From: Acidimicrobiia bacterium
GTDB taxonomy: Bacteria > Actinomycetota > Acidimicrobiia > Spongiisociales > ZC4RG35
Reading direction: 5' to 3'
DNA: 64,000 nt
NCBI GenBank assembly: GCA_965248705.1
Contig: CBDFJY010000002.1
Location: 1,177,365-1,241,364, forward strand
Position numbers and translations under genes: made by a program. Shown one piece after another: positions 1-9,501 of the stretch (the first letter of the stretch is position 1; each line of letters opens with the position of its first letter). Below the pieces are notes generated by a model. The model searched no databases, was not told the origin of the DNA, and worked only from the letters and a program-made list of their open reading frames with translations.

Positions 1-648
1 ATTGCTTCCGGCCCCACGCTGGCGGATGACACTACCCCTGCGGTCGCCCGGGCGGTACTGGCCGACTACCGGCTGGAAGCGAGAATTCCCTCCTCGGTGG
101 TCAAATACCTTGAGGCTTCCCGGCCCCCGACAACGATGCTCCGCCCACACCCCTATCAGGTAATAGCCGATGGCGTCGGCGCGGCCCGGGCAGCCCGGGC
201 CGAATTGGAAGCGCACGGGCTCGCCGCGCAAGTGGCCGCCGACCCGTTGGGCGGGGATGCGGAAGCAGCGGCTCGGTTGACAGTGGAGAGTTCCGTGGGC
301 AATCTGGTGCATATTTACTGGGGAGAGACCACTGTAAGGATCGATATCCCATCACCGGGTCAAGGGGGCCGTAACCAGCACGCTGCCTTGGCTGCCGCCG
401 GATGGTTGGCCGCGCGCGGACGGGGGATTTTCGGGGGGTTCGCCACCGACGGGATAGATGGGGAGAGCGAAGCCGCGGGAGGGCTAGTGGACGCGGCAAC
501 GGTCGAGCGGGGCGCGGCCGTCGGCCGGGATTGGCGTGACCACCTCCGTCGTTACGACTCCTCCTCATTTCTGGCCTACTCCGGGGATCTGGTGACCACC
601 GGGCCCACCGGCGCCAATGTGGGAGACTTGTGGATGGTGGCCGGGTGA
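1..648 (+). CDS. Glycerate 2-kinase (MOFRL/DUF4147 family), 5'-truncated by the window edge
   Basis: Frame open from base 1 (IASGPT); motifs GETTV, GGRNQH, ATDGIDG, TGPTGANVGD. Confidence 0.85.
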   Translation: MASGPTLADDTTPAVARAVLADYRLEARIPSSVVKYLEASRPPTTMLRPHPYQVIADGVGAARAARAELEAHGLAAQVAADPLGGDAEAAARLTVESSVGNLVHIYWGETTVRIDIPSPGQGGRNQHAALAAAGWLAARGRGIFGGFATDGIDGESEAAGGLVDAATVERGAAVGRDWRDHLRRYDSSSFLAYSGDLVTTGPTGANVGDLWMVAG

Positions 649-694
649 CGCAGGTAAAGGCCGGTGGGTGTGGAGGTCGTAAGATGGAGCGGAT

Positions 695-1990
695 ATGGAG
701 CATCACAGGTCGGCGGCGCTTTTCAAGCGGTCCCAGGGAGTGTTGGCCGGAGGGGTGTCCAGTCAGTTCCGGTCGTACGAACACCCCCATCCGCTCTTCT
801 ACCAGTCGGGTCTGGGAAGCCGGATCACCGATGTGGATGGGAACACCTTTCTGGACTTCACTCTCAGTCAAGGCCCGCTCATTCTCGGCCATTCCCGGCC
901 CGAGGTGGTGGAGGCGGTGGCCCGGGCGACTGCCTCAGGTCAGATATTCGCCGGGCAGCACCTTGCCGAACTGGAGTTGGCGGAGACCGTCCAGCGGCTG
1001 ATTCCCTGCGCCGACCTGGTGCGATTCAGTCTGAGCGGTTCGGAGGCGGTACATGCCGCCCTGCGCGCCGCGCGGGTGCATACCGGAAGGGATCGGTTCC
1101 TGAAGTTCGAGGGCCACTACCACGGCTGGTTCGACAATGTGGCGGTCAGTGTTTCCGCACCCTCGGCGGATGCGCTTGGATCTCGATTCCGGCCCCGGTC
1201 TTTGCCTTGGACACAAGGCCGCCCCCCTTCCGCTGACGCCGAAGTGACCACGGCGTGCTGGAACGATCTGGAAGCAGTGGAAAGGGCGCTGGCGTCCGAC
1301 TCTGACGGAGTGGCGGCGGTGATTACCGAGCCGGTGATGTGCAACAGCGGCTGCATCCTTCCCGCCGAGGGGTTCTTGGAGGGCTTGCGTTCTCTCTGTT
1401 CCTTCTATGGGGCGATGCTGATCTTCGACGAGGTGATAACCGGGTTCCGGCTGGGAATGGCCGGGGCTCAGGGCTACTTCGGAGTGGTTCCCGATCTGGC
1501 CACTTTCGGGAAGGCGATGGCCAACGGATTTCCGATCAGCGCCTTGGTGGGAAGGTCGGAGGTGATGGCGCATGTGGCGGAGGGAAAGGCATTGCACGCC
1601 GGAACCATGAACTCTTCGAATCCCACCGTGGCGGCCGCGGCGGCCACCCTGGCGATTCTGGAGAAAGAGCAGGTGCATGACCACCTCTTCATGCTGGGCT
1701 CCGAGCTTATCGAAGGGCTGCGTCGGGTCTCTTCGGAGGCGGGACATCCCCTGCGGGTGGAAGGCCCGGGCCCCATGTTCCATGCCGGATTCACCACCGC
1801 CGAGCAGATTCAGGATTACCGGGATACATTTGCCTATGACACTGCGAAGTACGGTCGCTTGGTGGCGGGGATGCAGCGCCGGGGAATCAGACTGATCGGG
1901 CGGGGTCTCTGGTACCTGTCGGCGGCCCACACCATCGAGGATGTGCAGACGGCGCTGGCCGTGGCAGCCGAAGCCCTAGCCGATCTCTAA
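695..1990 (+). CDS. Class III PLP aminotransferase, glutamate-1-semialdehyde aminomutase-like
   Basis: DVDGNTFLD, SGSEA, KFEGHYHG, LIFDEVITGFR, FGKAMANGFP. Confidence 0.85.
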   Translation: MEHHRSAALFKRSQGVLAGGVSSQFRSYEHPHPLFYQSGLGSRITDVDGNTFLDFTLSQGPLILGHSRPEVVEAVARATASGQIFAGQHLAELELAETVQRLIPCADLVRFSLSGSEAVHAALRAARVHTGRDRFLKFEGHYHGWFDNVAVSVSAPSADALGSRFRPRSLPWTQGRPPSADAEVTTACWNDLEAVERALASDSDGVAAVITEPVMCNSGCILPAEGFLEGLRSLCSFYGAMLIFDEVITGFRLGMAGAQGYFGVVPDLATFGKAMANGFPISALVGRSEVMAHVAEGKALHAGTMNSSNPTVAAAAATLAILEKEQVHDHLFMLGSELIEGLRRVSSEAGHPLRVEGPGPMFHAGFTTAEQIQDYRDTFAYDTAKYGRLVAGMQRRGIRLIGRGLWYLSAAHTIEDVQTALAVAAEALADL

Positions 1991-2028
1991 ATCGGCGGAT
2001 AGCTACAGGAAAGAGAGAAAAGGACGAT

Positions 2029-2763
2029 ATGGAGGCCCACCAGGATACCCCCGAACAGCCCGACCGCCACTCGCCCGACCGCGATTCCGATCAGGATCAT
2101 GGGGGTCATGTTCACGGCCATCAGCATGAGAGTTGGTGGCGGCAACTCACCTATCTGAAACATGCTCCCCAACTATGGAGTTCGCCCATCAACGAGGCGG
2201 TTGTGGAACTGATCGACCCTGCCGAGGGAGAGAGGGTGCTGGATGTGGGGGCAGGGATGGGACCGGCGGTGCTGGCCGCCGCCCGCCGGATCGGCGACGG
2301 TCAGGTCATCGCAGTGGAGCCATCCCTCCTGATGAGGGGGATCATGAAAGTCCGGCGGAGATCCCAAGCCTCCTCGGAGCGCATTGTCATTGTCGGAGGC
2401 AAGGCCGAGCAGATACCCGCCGAAGAGGGTTCCATCGACGCGGCGTGGTCCATCAACTGCGTTCACCACTGGATTGATGATCGCGCGGCCTGCGCCGAGT
2501 TCGGACGGGTGCTCCGCCCGGACGGTCGGCTGGTGCTTTTGGACGAGCAGTTCGGTGACCCCACCCATCCTCGCTTTAAGCCCTCCAACCTCCACCGGCA
2601 CGGCAAGCCTGGGTTTTTTCACGAGATAGACACCGATCGGCTGTCGCGCATCCTGGTGGAGGAGGGCTTTCGGATTGAGCAGGCGGGGGATGAGCGCTTG
2701 GAAGAGACTCCTGTGAAGCTGGTTCGGGCAGTTCGCCTGGCCGGCCCCGATAGTTCGTTGTGA
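2029..2763 (+). CDS. Class I SAM-dependent methyltransferase with His-rich N-terminus
   Basis: VLDVGAGMG motif I, RVLRPDGRL; N-terminal HGGHVHGHQH. Confidence 0.85.
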   Translation: MEAHQDTPEQPDRHSPDRDSDQDHGGHVHGHQHESWWRQLTYLKHAPQLWSSPINEAVVELIDPAEGERVLDVGAGMGPAVLAAARRIGDGQVIAVEPSLLMRGIMKVRRRSQASSERIVIVGGKAEQIPAEEGSIDAAWSINCVHHWIDDRAACAEFGRVLRPDGRLVLLDEQFGDPTHPRFKPSNLHRHGKPGFFHEIDTDRLSRILVEEGFRIEQAGDERLEETPVKLVRAVRLAGPDSSL

Positions 2764-2813
2764 TGCCCGGGGGGGACCGGTCGGGATGGAAACACCGTAA
2801 GTAAGGCACGGGT

Positions 2814-4406
2814 GTGAATCCGTCGGAGCGAAGGATGTTGATTCCTCACCAGGGGATGACCTACGATTCGCTCCGGGAGAAGTTTCAATGGGAGATTCCC
2901 GAGCGCTTCAACCTGGGCGCGGCCTGTGCGGATCAACAGGACCCCGGGGCCGCGGCGTTGGTGGCGGTGACCCGGTCGGGGGTGGTCGTTGGACACACCT
3001 TCGGGGAGTTGGCCGAGCGCTCGTCACGGCTTGCCGGTGGCCTGGCCCGGCGAGGGATCGGAGCAGGCGACCGGGTAGCCATTATCGCTCCGCAGTCGGT
3101 GGAGGTCGGTTTGGCCCATCTCGCTTTGTGGAAGCTGGGCGCCGTTTCGCTCCCTCTCGCCTCCCTGTTCGGTCCCGACGCCATCTCCTATCGCCTGGAG
3201 GACTCGGGCGCCAAAGCGGCCATGGTACACCGGGACAACCGGGCCAAGCTGGATGAAGCAGCGCCCCATTTGCCGGCTATCGAGATGGGCCTGGAGTTCG
3301 ATGCTCTCTGTTCCGGTCCGGGTTTGGACCGGCCCCCCGACACCGGAGCGGAGGACCCTGCCTATCTGATTTATACCTCCGGCACCACCGGACCGCCCAA
3401 GGGAGCACTTCACGCCCACCGCTCCCTGTTCGGGCACCTGCCTGGCTTCGAGAGCTATTACGAGTTTGCGCCTCGGTCCGGAGATGTCATCTGGACCCCG
3501 GCCGATTGGGCGTGGATGGGCGGTTTGATGGATGTCCTGATCCCTGCCTGGTATTACGGGATCACCGTGCTCACCTCCGAAGACGATTTCGATCCCGGAG
3601 GCGCTTTCGAGTTGATGGCGGAACAGCGGGTGACCCTCGCCTTTCTCCCACCCACCGCCCTGAAAATGATGCGGGCCTCAGGGGCCAGTCGGCCTGATCT
3701 GTCACTCCGGGCTATTTTCACCGGAGGGGAGCCGCTGGGATCCGAGATGCTGGAGTGGGCGAAGGCGACCTTCGGATGCCACATCAATGAGGGTTATGGG
3801 CAGACCGAGGCCAACCTGGTGATAGGCAACTGCGCTTCGGTGTGGCCGATCCGCCCCGGATCGATGGGCCGAGCGCTGCCCGGACATGAGGTGGTGATCC
3901 AGGACGAGCAGGGCAACCGGCTGATTGGCCAAGAGGGGGAGATCTGCGTCCGGTCTCCCGACCCGGTGATGATGCTCGGCTACTGGAACCGGCCGAACGC
4001 CACCGCTCGCAAGTACCGGGACGGATGGCTTCTAACCGGGGACTTGGGAACCGAGGACTCCGATGGCTACCTGTGGTTCCGCAGCCGGAAGGATGACGTC
4101 ATCACCTCAAGGGGGTATCGGATCGGTCCCGGGGAGATCGAAGAAAGCCTGATGAACCACCCGGCAGTAGCGATGTGCGCGGTGGTGGGCGTCCCCGATG
4201 AGATCCATGGGCATGTACCAGCGGCGTTCGTGGTGCTCCGGGCCGGGACCGAGCCGTCGGAGAGACTCGCCGCGGAGCTCCAGAACCATGTCCGCACCCG
4301 GCTGGCCGCCCACGAAACCCCGCGCCAGGTGACCTTTCTTCGAGATCTCCCCCGCACCACCACCGGCAAAATCATGCGCCGCGCCCTCCGCCCATCGGGG
4401 AATTAG
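2814..4406 (+). CDS. Acyl-CoA synthetase (AMP-binding)
   Basis: YTSGTTGPPKG, YGQTE, TGDLG, LPRTTTGK. Confidence 0.92.
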   Translation: MNPSERRMLIPHQGMTYDSLREKFQWEIPERFNLGAACADQQDPGAAALVAVTRSGVVVGHTFGELAERSSRLAGGLARRGIGAGDRVAIIAPQSVEVGLAHLALWKLGAVSLPLASLFGPDAISYRLEDSGAKAAMVHRDNRAKLDEAAPHLPAIEMGLEFDALCSGPGLDRPPDTGAEDPAYLIYTSGTTGPPKGALHAHRSLFGHLPGFESYYEFAPRSGDVIWTPADWAWMGGLMDVLIPAWYYGITVLTSEDDFDPGGAFELMAEQRVTLAFLPPTALKMMRASGASRPDLSLRAIFTGGEPLGSEMLEWAKATFGCHINEGYGQTEANLVIGNCASVWPIRPGSMGRALPGHEVVIQDEQGNRLIGQEGEICVRSPDPVMMLGYWNRPNATARKYRDGWLLTGDLGTEDSDGYLWFRSRKDDVITSRGYRIGPGEIEESLMNHPAVAMCAVVGVPDEIHGHVPAAFVVLRAGTEPSERLAAELQNHVRTRLAAHETPRQVTFLRDLPRTTTGKIMRRALRPSGN

Positions 4407-4427
4407 CTGAGATAGAGTACGACACCA

Positions 4428-4748
4428 ATGCCACGAAACAAAAGAAGGCGATACGGAAGCGGTAGCAGATACCGCAGAAGAAGCACCAAGGCCAAGAGGG
4501 TGCGCGGTTACACGCTCCGGGGTCGGGGTGGGCGCATCAACTACATCGGGATATCCAATAACCCCGGGCGGAGAGCAGCGCAGCATAGACGAGCCGGCAA
4601 GCGAGGCCGGATGCGGGTAGAAACCCGCCCCCTCACGCGAAAGGCAGCCCGTCGCTGGGAAGGGGCAAGACTCGCTGGCTACCGCAGGAAGAAAAGCGGA
4701 GAGAATCCGCGTTACAACAAGACCGGTAGCGGTGGCTGGAGGTTTTGG
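4428..4748 (+). CDS. Small Arg-rich GIY-YIG nuclease-like protein; the frame as sequenced stays open to 5357 but only the first ~106 aa look real
   Basis: GYTL...YIGISNNPGRRAAQH...WE...NPRYN has the GIY-YIG pattern; TGG at 4746-4748 corresponds to TGA in the second repeat copy. Confidence 0.6.
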
Positions 4749-4828
4749 CCTGAAGCCTGGGATGATGGGGCAGATGAGCCCCCGTTCTCAAGCGAAGTCC
4801 AGAGAGTGACGGGGCCTGCTCGGAGCAC
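4736..4828. repeat. 93-bp direct repeat, copy 1 (duplicate of tsaC 3' end and downstream flank)
   Basis: Matches 5961-6053 with 5 mismatches by manual alignment. Confidence 0.92.
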
Positions 4829-4957
4829 GTCGGGCAGTAGAGCGGTACCGTGGCCAGACGCTGAAACTCGGTGTATAAGTGCTGGAGGGCTGCGTCCCAT
4901 GCATCGAACACTGCGGCGTAGGGAGACGGTGTGCAGCTGGTCGAGGTTGGCGGCTGA

Positions 4958-5044
4958 GAAGAAGCAGTCGAGGAACACCCTTGTGTGCTTCGATCCGATC
5001 CGGTCGATTCGTCCGGGGCGCTGCACGACTCTCATTGGATTCCA
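4958..5044 (-). pseudogene. SNF2-family helicase C-terminal fragment
   Basis: WNPMRVVQRPGRIDRIGSKHTRVF resembles SNF2 motif VI region WNPxxxxQRxGRxDRIG; no other helicase motifs nearby. Confidence 0.6.
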
Positions 5045-5120
5045 CCCCGGCAGACAGGAAGACTCATCGCCCCGTCGCCGCAACTGTGTTTGCGCCAAAG
5101 GTTTCGACCTGCTTGACTGC

Positions 5121-5142
5121 ATACCTTTGCATGGGAAGGTAT
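5121..5142. promoter_or_regulatory. Possible operator palindrome upstream of the membrane protein gene
   Basis: ATACCTT-N8-AAGGTAT about 45 bp before the start. Confidence 0.3.
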
Positions 5143-5185
5143 TCTTAGTCCTGGAGTTTGCGACATGGCTTAGGGGGCAAGAAGA

Positions 5186-5767
5186 GTGGCAGGGAATGCG
5201 GAGAAGGGTGGCAGACGGCGCGGGAGCCGCTGGAGGATGGCCACCTGGGCCGCCGGAGCGCTCGTGCTGGTTGTGGCCCTGGTCTCCAGCCAGTTCATCG
5301 GTGAACCGAGCTGGGCGGGCGTTCTCGCTCAGACCGGGGCACTGCTCATCGGGATAGGTATCGTTGTTGAACTCGCGTCAAGGAAGACCGGCGAAGCCGC
5401 ATACCGAGTCGCCGTCGGTCTTGCACTCTGCGCAACGTTGCTCCTCGGCTGGGTGAACGGTGCCGTCGGCATCATCGGGTCCGAGGACAACGCCGCGAAC
5501 CTGATGTATGGCGGGGTGTTGGTCGTCGGGGCGATCGGTGCCATCATCGCGCGCTTCAAACCCCGAGGAATGGCTCGGGCGTTGTTGGCGATGGCGCTCG
5601 CTCAGACGGTAGTTGCCGCGATTGCGCTGGTCGGTCGGTTGGGTTCCCCCTCTACCGGGCCGCTGGAGATCCTGACGATCAACGGGTTCTTCGTTGCGCT
5701 ATTCGTTGGCTCAGCCGTGCTGTTTTCGAAGGCGTCGCGCAGCCGACTCGCTCTGGATGCGGCCTAG
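5186..5767 (+). CDS. Hypothetical multi-pass membrane protein
   Basis: About six hydrophobic segments; WVNGAVGIIGSEDNAANLMY core. Confidence 0.8.
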   Translation: MAGNAEKGGRRRGSRWRMATWAAGALVLVVALVSSQFIGEPSWAGVLAQTGALLIGIGIVVELASRKTGEAAYRVAVGLALCATLLLGWVNGAVGIIGSEDNAANLMYGGVLVVGAIGAIIARFKPRGMARALLAMALAQTVVAAIALVGRLGSPSTGPLEILTINGFFVALFVGSAVLFSKASRSRLALDAA

Positions 5768-5848
5768 CGTTCGAGCGTTGCGAATCTGGGCCCACCAGGG
5801 CGGGGGTTGCAGTGGAGGCCCCGGAGGGGCCGGGAACGGGCAACGCGG

Positions 5849-5932
5849 TCCATCGACATAGATCAGGAGCAGGTCCCATGGGTCCAGACGTCGCTTCATG
5901 AGCCCCTTCAGCACGCGCTCTGACGCCTCGAT
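5849..5932 (-). mobile_element. Possible IS256-family transposase remnant
   Basis: ASERVLKGLMKRRLDPWDLLLIYVDG resembles the segment leading to the first catalytic Asp of IS256 transposases; under 30 aa. Confidence 0.4.
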
Positions 5933-5960
5933 TCGTGGTCCGCCCATGCGTGTGGCCTCC

Positions 5961-6053
5961 CTGGAGGTTTTGACCTGAAGCCTGGGATGATGGGGCAGAC
6001 GAGCCCCTGTTCTCAGGCGAAGTTCAGAGAGTGACGGGGCCTGCTCGGAGCAC
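5961..6053. repeat. 93-bp direct repeat, copy 2 (contains the tsaC stop)
   Basis: Matches 4736-4828; includes VLRAGPVTL* of tsaC on the minus strand. Confidence 0.92.
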
Positions 6054-6575
6054 CCGCGGATTCTGGTTGGTCAGTACTTCTATCACCGTCGAGGCGGCGC
6101 CTCCCGGACAAACTCCCGGCAGGTAGAGCTCCACGTTATCGCCGAACATCTCCCGGGCTTCCTCGTCCGATCTCGCCGGGGCGCCTCCCGATGGGTTTGC
6201 CGAAGTGACAGCGAGAGGAACACCGAGGGTCAATAGTTTCCGGGTCAGGGGGTGGTTGGGCATGCGGAGGCCGATGGTCCCGCGGGCCTCGGTACCTACC
6301 TCGGGTCGGACGGCCAGTACCAGGGTGAGGGGGCCCGGCCAATGGAATTGGGCAAGTCGCCGCGCGATGGGAGGAAAGACGGCGAGACCTTCGGCGTCGG
6401 CCATGGTTCCCACCAACACCGGGATGGCTTTTCCAGATGGGCGGCCTTTCAGTTGAAAGAGTTGCTTTCGGGCCGAGCGCCGGGTGGCCAGGCCGTAGAC
6501 GGTATCGGTGGGCACTCCCACCACTTTCCCTTCGGCCAGGATGGCGCAGGCCCGCGCCAGCAGGGGGGAACTCAC
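6024..6575 (-). CDS. tsaC: L-threonylcarbamoyladenylate synthase (YrdC/Sua5)
   Basis: PTDTVYGL, KGRP, WPGPLT, TSANPSG; GTG start overlaps prmC stop. Confidence 0.92.
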   Translation of the reverse strand: MSSPLLARACAILAEGKVVGVPTDTVYGLATRRSARKQLFQLKGRPSGKAIPVLVGTMADAEGLAVFPPIARRLAQFHWPGPLTLVLAVRPEVGTEARGTIGLRMPNHPLTRKLLTLGVPLAVTSANPSGGAPARSDEEAREMFGDNVELYLPGVCPGGAASTVIEVLTNQNPRVLRAGPVTL

Positions 6576-7402
6576 CGGGCCGGGAGACGCCCCACCACGA
6601 ACCGGGGCCGATCGGCCAAGTCGCAGTGGATCCGCACATCCATTCCCCCCGCCCGGAATGCACTCTTGACCGTCTCGCCCTGGGTTTCTCCCATCTCGGC
6701 GATCACTAAACCGGCGGGGCTCAGCCAGGATCGGACCTCGGCGGCCAGCCTCTCCAGCACCTCGGTTCCTCTGGGCCCGGCCACCAATGCCTGATAGGGC
6801 TCGGCCCGCACCTCGGCAGGGAGATGGGGCCACTCTCCCTCCGCCACATACGGGGGGTTGGAGACCAACAGGTTCACCTTCCCCCGGAGCGGGAGCGACA
6901 GCGCCTCGAAGAGATCGCCTTCCTGCAAACTGATCCGGTCCCGGGCCCACCGGTTTGCCAGGAGATTGTGGCGGGCCAGTTCCAGGGCTCCAGCGCTGAT
7001 ATCGGTGGCCACCACCCGTGCGCCGGGAAAGGAATGGCTCAGAGCCAGGGCCAGCGCGCCCGAGCCGGTTCCGATGTCCACTATCACTTCGGGGGGAGAG
7101 GTCCGGACGGTCTCTGTGGCCAGTTCCCAGAGCTGTTCGGTCTCGGGTCGGGGAATGAGCGCCCGCTTGTCCGTCGCCAGATGCACGGGGCCGAAATCGA
7201 TGTGGCCTTCCAGGTATTGGAGGGGTATTCCCACTTGGCGTTTTCGTATCAGGGGCTCGGTTGCCGCTGCGATCCCGGGCGACAGAGGCAGGCCGGGATC
7301 GACATCTTCTTGGGTGAGGGTGGCTATCAGCCGCTGCACCTCGTGGTAGGGAAGGCGGCTTCGGCGAGAGATCTGCAGAGGAGAAAGAGGGACAGTGGAC
7401 AT
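6572..7402 (-). CDS. prmC: Release factor glutamine methyltransferase
   Basis: LIPRPETE, DIGTGSG, SNPPY; downstream of prfA. Confidence 0.95.
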   Translation of the reverse strand: MSTVPLSPLQISRRSRLPYHEVQRLIATLTQEDVDPGLPLSPGIAAATEPLIRKRQVGIPLQYLEGHIDFGPVHLATDKRALIPRPETEQLWELATETVRTSPPEVIVDIGTGSGALALALSHSFPGARVVATDISAGALELARHNLLANRWARDRISLQEGDLFEALSLPLRGKVNLLVSNPPYVAEGEWPHLPAEVRAEPYQALVAGPRGTEVLERLAAEVRSWLSPAGLVIAEMGETQGETVKSAFRAGGMDVRIHCDLADRPRFVVGRLPAR

Positions 7403-7417
7403 TTGAGCAAGAGGGGG

Positions 7418-8506
7418 TTAGGGAGAGGCGGCCAGTGAAGAGACCAGTCTCTCGGACCGCTCCTGGGCGGCCAGAGCATCGATCATCTGGTCGATTTCTC
7501 CTTCCAGCACCCGGTCAAGCGACTTGAGAGTAAGTCCGATCCGATGGTCGGTTACCCGATTCTCCCGGTAGTTGTAGGTGCGGATCTTCTCCGACCGGTC
7601 CCCCCCGCCCACTTGGGATCGCCGCTCCCCGGCGATGCCCTGCCGGTGCCGTTCGATCTCGATCTGGTAAAGCCGGGCCCGCAGCACCCGGAATGCCTTT
7701 TCCTTGTTTTGGAACTGGCTCTTTTGATCCTGGCAACTGACCACCAGCCCGGTGGGGAGATGGGTGATGCGCACCGCCGAATCGGTGGTGTTGACCGACT
7801 GTCCGCCCGGGCCGGATGAGCGGAAGACATCCACTCGCACCTCATCGGGAGTCACCTCAACCTCTACTTCGTCGGCTTCCGCCAGCACCGCCACGGTGGC
7901 GGTGGAAGTGTGGACCCGACCCTGCGACTCGGTCCTGGGCACTCGCTGCACGCGATGAACACCGCCCTCATAGCGCAGCATTCCATATGATCCGTGACCT
8001 TTGACAGCAAAAGAAACCTTGCTGTACCCGCCCACCCCGGAGGGAGAAGCCTCTATGTCCTCGGTGTGAAGGCCGCGTCGGTCGGCGAACTTCTGGTACA
8101 TGCGGAGCAGATCCCCGGCCCAGATCGCGGCCTCGTCACCCCCGGCCGCTGCCCTGATTTCCATGATCACGTCTCGACGATCGTCGGGATCGTCGGGGAC
8201 CATCAAAACCTCCAACTCCTTTTCCAGCAGGGCGGCCTCCTGGCGGCGCTCTCCGGCCATCTCCAACAGATCGGCCCGCAGGTCGGGGTCATCCTCGGCC
8301 ATTTCTTCCGCTTCCCGGATCTCTGCCTCGGCGGCCAGCCAACTGCGGGCGGTCTTGACAATGGGTAGCAGCTCCGCCCGACGTCGGCCCGCCTCGGCCA
8401 GCCGCCGGTGATCGGAAAAGGTGGCCGGATCGACCATGGCCTTCTCCACCTCGGCCAGTTGCCGTTCCAACTCGGGGATACGCTTTCGCCACACCGGAGC
8501 AGTCAT
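7418..8506 (-). CDS. prfA: Peptide chain release factor 1
   Basis: HRVQRVPRTE (PxT), SSGPGGQSVN, RSEKIRTYN; ATGA overlap with upstream gene. Confidence 0.96.
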   Translation of the reverse strand: MTAPVWRKRIPELERQLAEVEKAMVDPATFSDHRRLAEAGRRRAELLPIVKTARSWLAAEAEIREAEEMAEDDPDLRADLLEMAGERRQEAALLEKELEVLMVPDDPDDRRDVIMEIRAAAGGDEAAIWAGDLLRMYQKFADRRGLHTEDIEASPSGVGGYSKVSFAVKGHGSYGMLRYEGGVHRVQRVPRTESQGRVHTSTATVAVLAEADEVEVEVTPDEVRVDVFRSSGPGGQSVNTTDSAVRITHLPTGLVVSCQDQKSQFQNKEKAFRVLRARLYQIEIERHRQGIAGERRSQVGGGDRSEKIRTYNYRENRVTDHRIGLTLKSLDRVLEGEIDQMIDALAAQERSERLVSSLAASP

Positions 8507-9486
8507 CGCGCTATCGCTTTCGCCACCGAGGAAGGTATGACTCCGGCGGTCAGCAGGCGTTCGGATTCGGAAACATCCACAGCCGAGAGCAGACTGGTTA
8601 TCGCCACCTCGATCTGGTCGGCTGTCGGCTGGTTGGTAGTCAGCTTCTGCAACCATATTCCGGGGGTGGCCAGCCATCTGCCCAGAGTTTGGGACTGATG
8701 CCTGCCGGCGAATTTCAATAACTCGTAGGCGACGGCGGCGATCAGGGGGATGAAGACCACCCGACTCAGTATCAGCGTCAGCCATCCCGGGTTGCCTACC
8801 ACGGCGAAGGCCGCGATGGAGAGGATTACCACTATTAAGAGAAAGTTGGTTCCACATCGGGGATGCTCGGGCGGATATTTGAAAACGGATTCCACGGAGA
8901 GGGAGTTCTCATGTTCGTAGGCGTGGATGGTCATATGTTCCGCTCCGTGATAGGCGAAAACCCGTTTGATGTCGGACATCCGTCCGATTCCCCATATATA
9001 GCCTACGAACAGGCTCAAGCGGATCACAGCTTCCAAAAACCCGAAGAGCAGACCGGATTCGCCGGCGGTCAACCTAGCGACACTGGCGGGGACCACCATA
9101 AAAAAAGCGACGAAAAAGGCCATGGCCAGCCCCATCCACAGCCATAGCTTCCAGCCGAGCGATTCTTGGGGACCCCCAATGTCGTCGGGGTCTTCGCCAG
9201 GTTCCCGAGTAGCGACCTCTGCCGACCAGGCCAGGGAGCGGAATCCCAGATTGAGGGATTCGACCAGCACCAGGATGCCTCGCAGAAACGGGATCTTGGC
9301 GGCCTTGGTGCGGGTGGTGAGACGAGGAAGAGGCCGCCGTTCGGCCACGATAACCCCGTCCATACGTCGGGCCGCCACTGCCCAAGCCTCCGGCGCTCGG
9401 ATCATTACCCCTTCTATCAGGGCCTGCCCGCCCACCGCCAGAGGATCGAAACCGGGCGATACCTCGGGTTGGGGGTCGGCGCTCAC
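8503..9486 (-). CDS. DUF1385 family membrane protein
   Basis: GGQALIEGVM, YHGAEH, HPRCGT; usual position between rpmE and prfA. Confidence 0.9.
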   Translation of the reverse strand: MSADPQPEVSPGFDPLAVGGQALIEGVMIRAPEAWAVAARRMDGVIVAERRPLPRLTTRTKAAKIPFLRGILVLVESLNLGFRSLAWSAEVATREPGEDPDDIGGPQESLGWKLWLWMGLAMAFFVAFFMVVPASVARLTAGESGLLFGFLEAVIRLSLFVGYIWGIGRMSDIKRVFAYHGAEHMTIHAYEHENSLSVESVFKYPPEHPRCGTNFLLIVVILSIAAFAVVGNPGWLTLILSRVVFIPLIAAVAYELLKFAGRHQSQTLGRWLATPGIWLQKLTTNQPTADQIEVAITSLLSAVDVSESERLLTAGVIPSSVAKAIAR

Positions 9487-9501
9487 CGCGAGCAGGGTTG
9501 G

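Noticed and set aside
695-1990. Calling this gene hemL
   Set aside because: Family motifs fit, but there is no tetrapyrrole gene context and paralogues are common.
4749-5357. C-terminal 200 aa of the 309-aa ORF as a real domain
   Set aside because: It runs through the repeat, antisense to the helicase remnant and into the next gene; looks like readthrough.
6576-8857. Long 5' extensions of tsaC and prfA in the ORF track
   Set aside because: They overlap upstream genes; coupled GTGA/ATGA starts give normal lengths.
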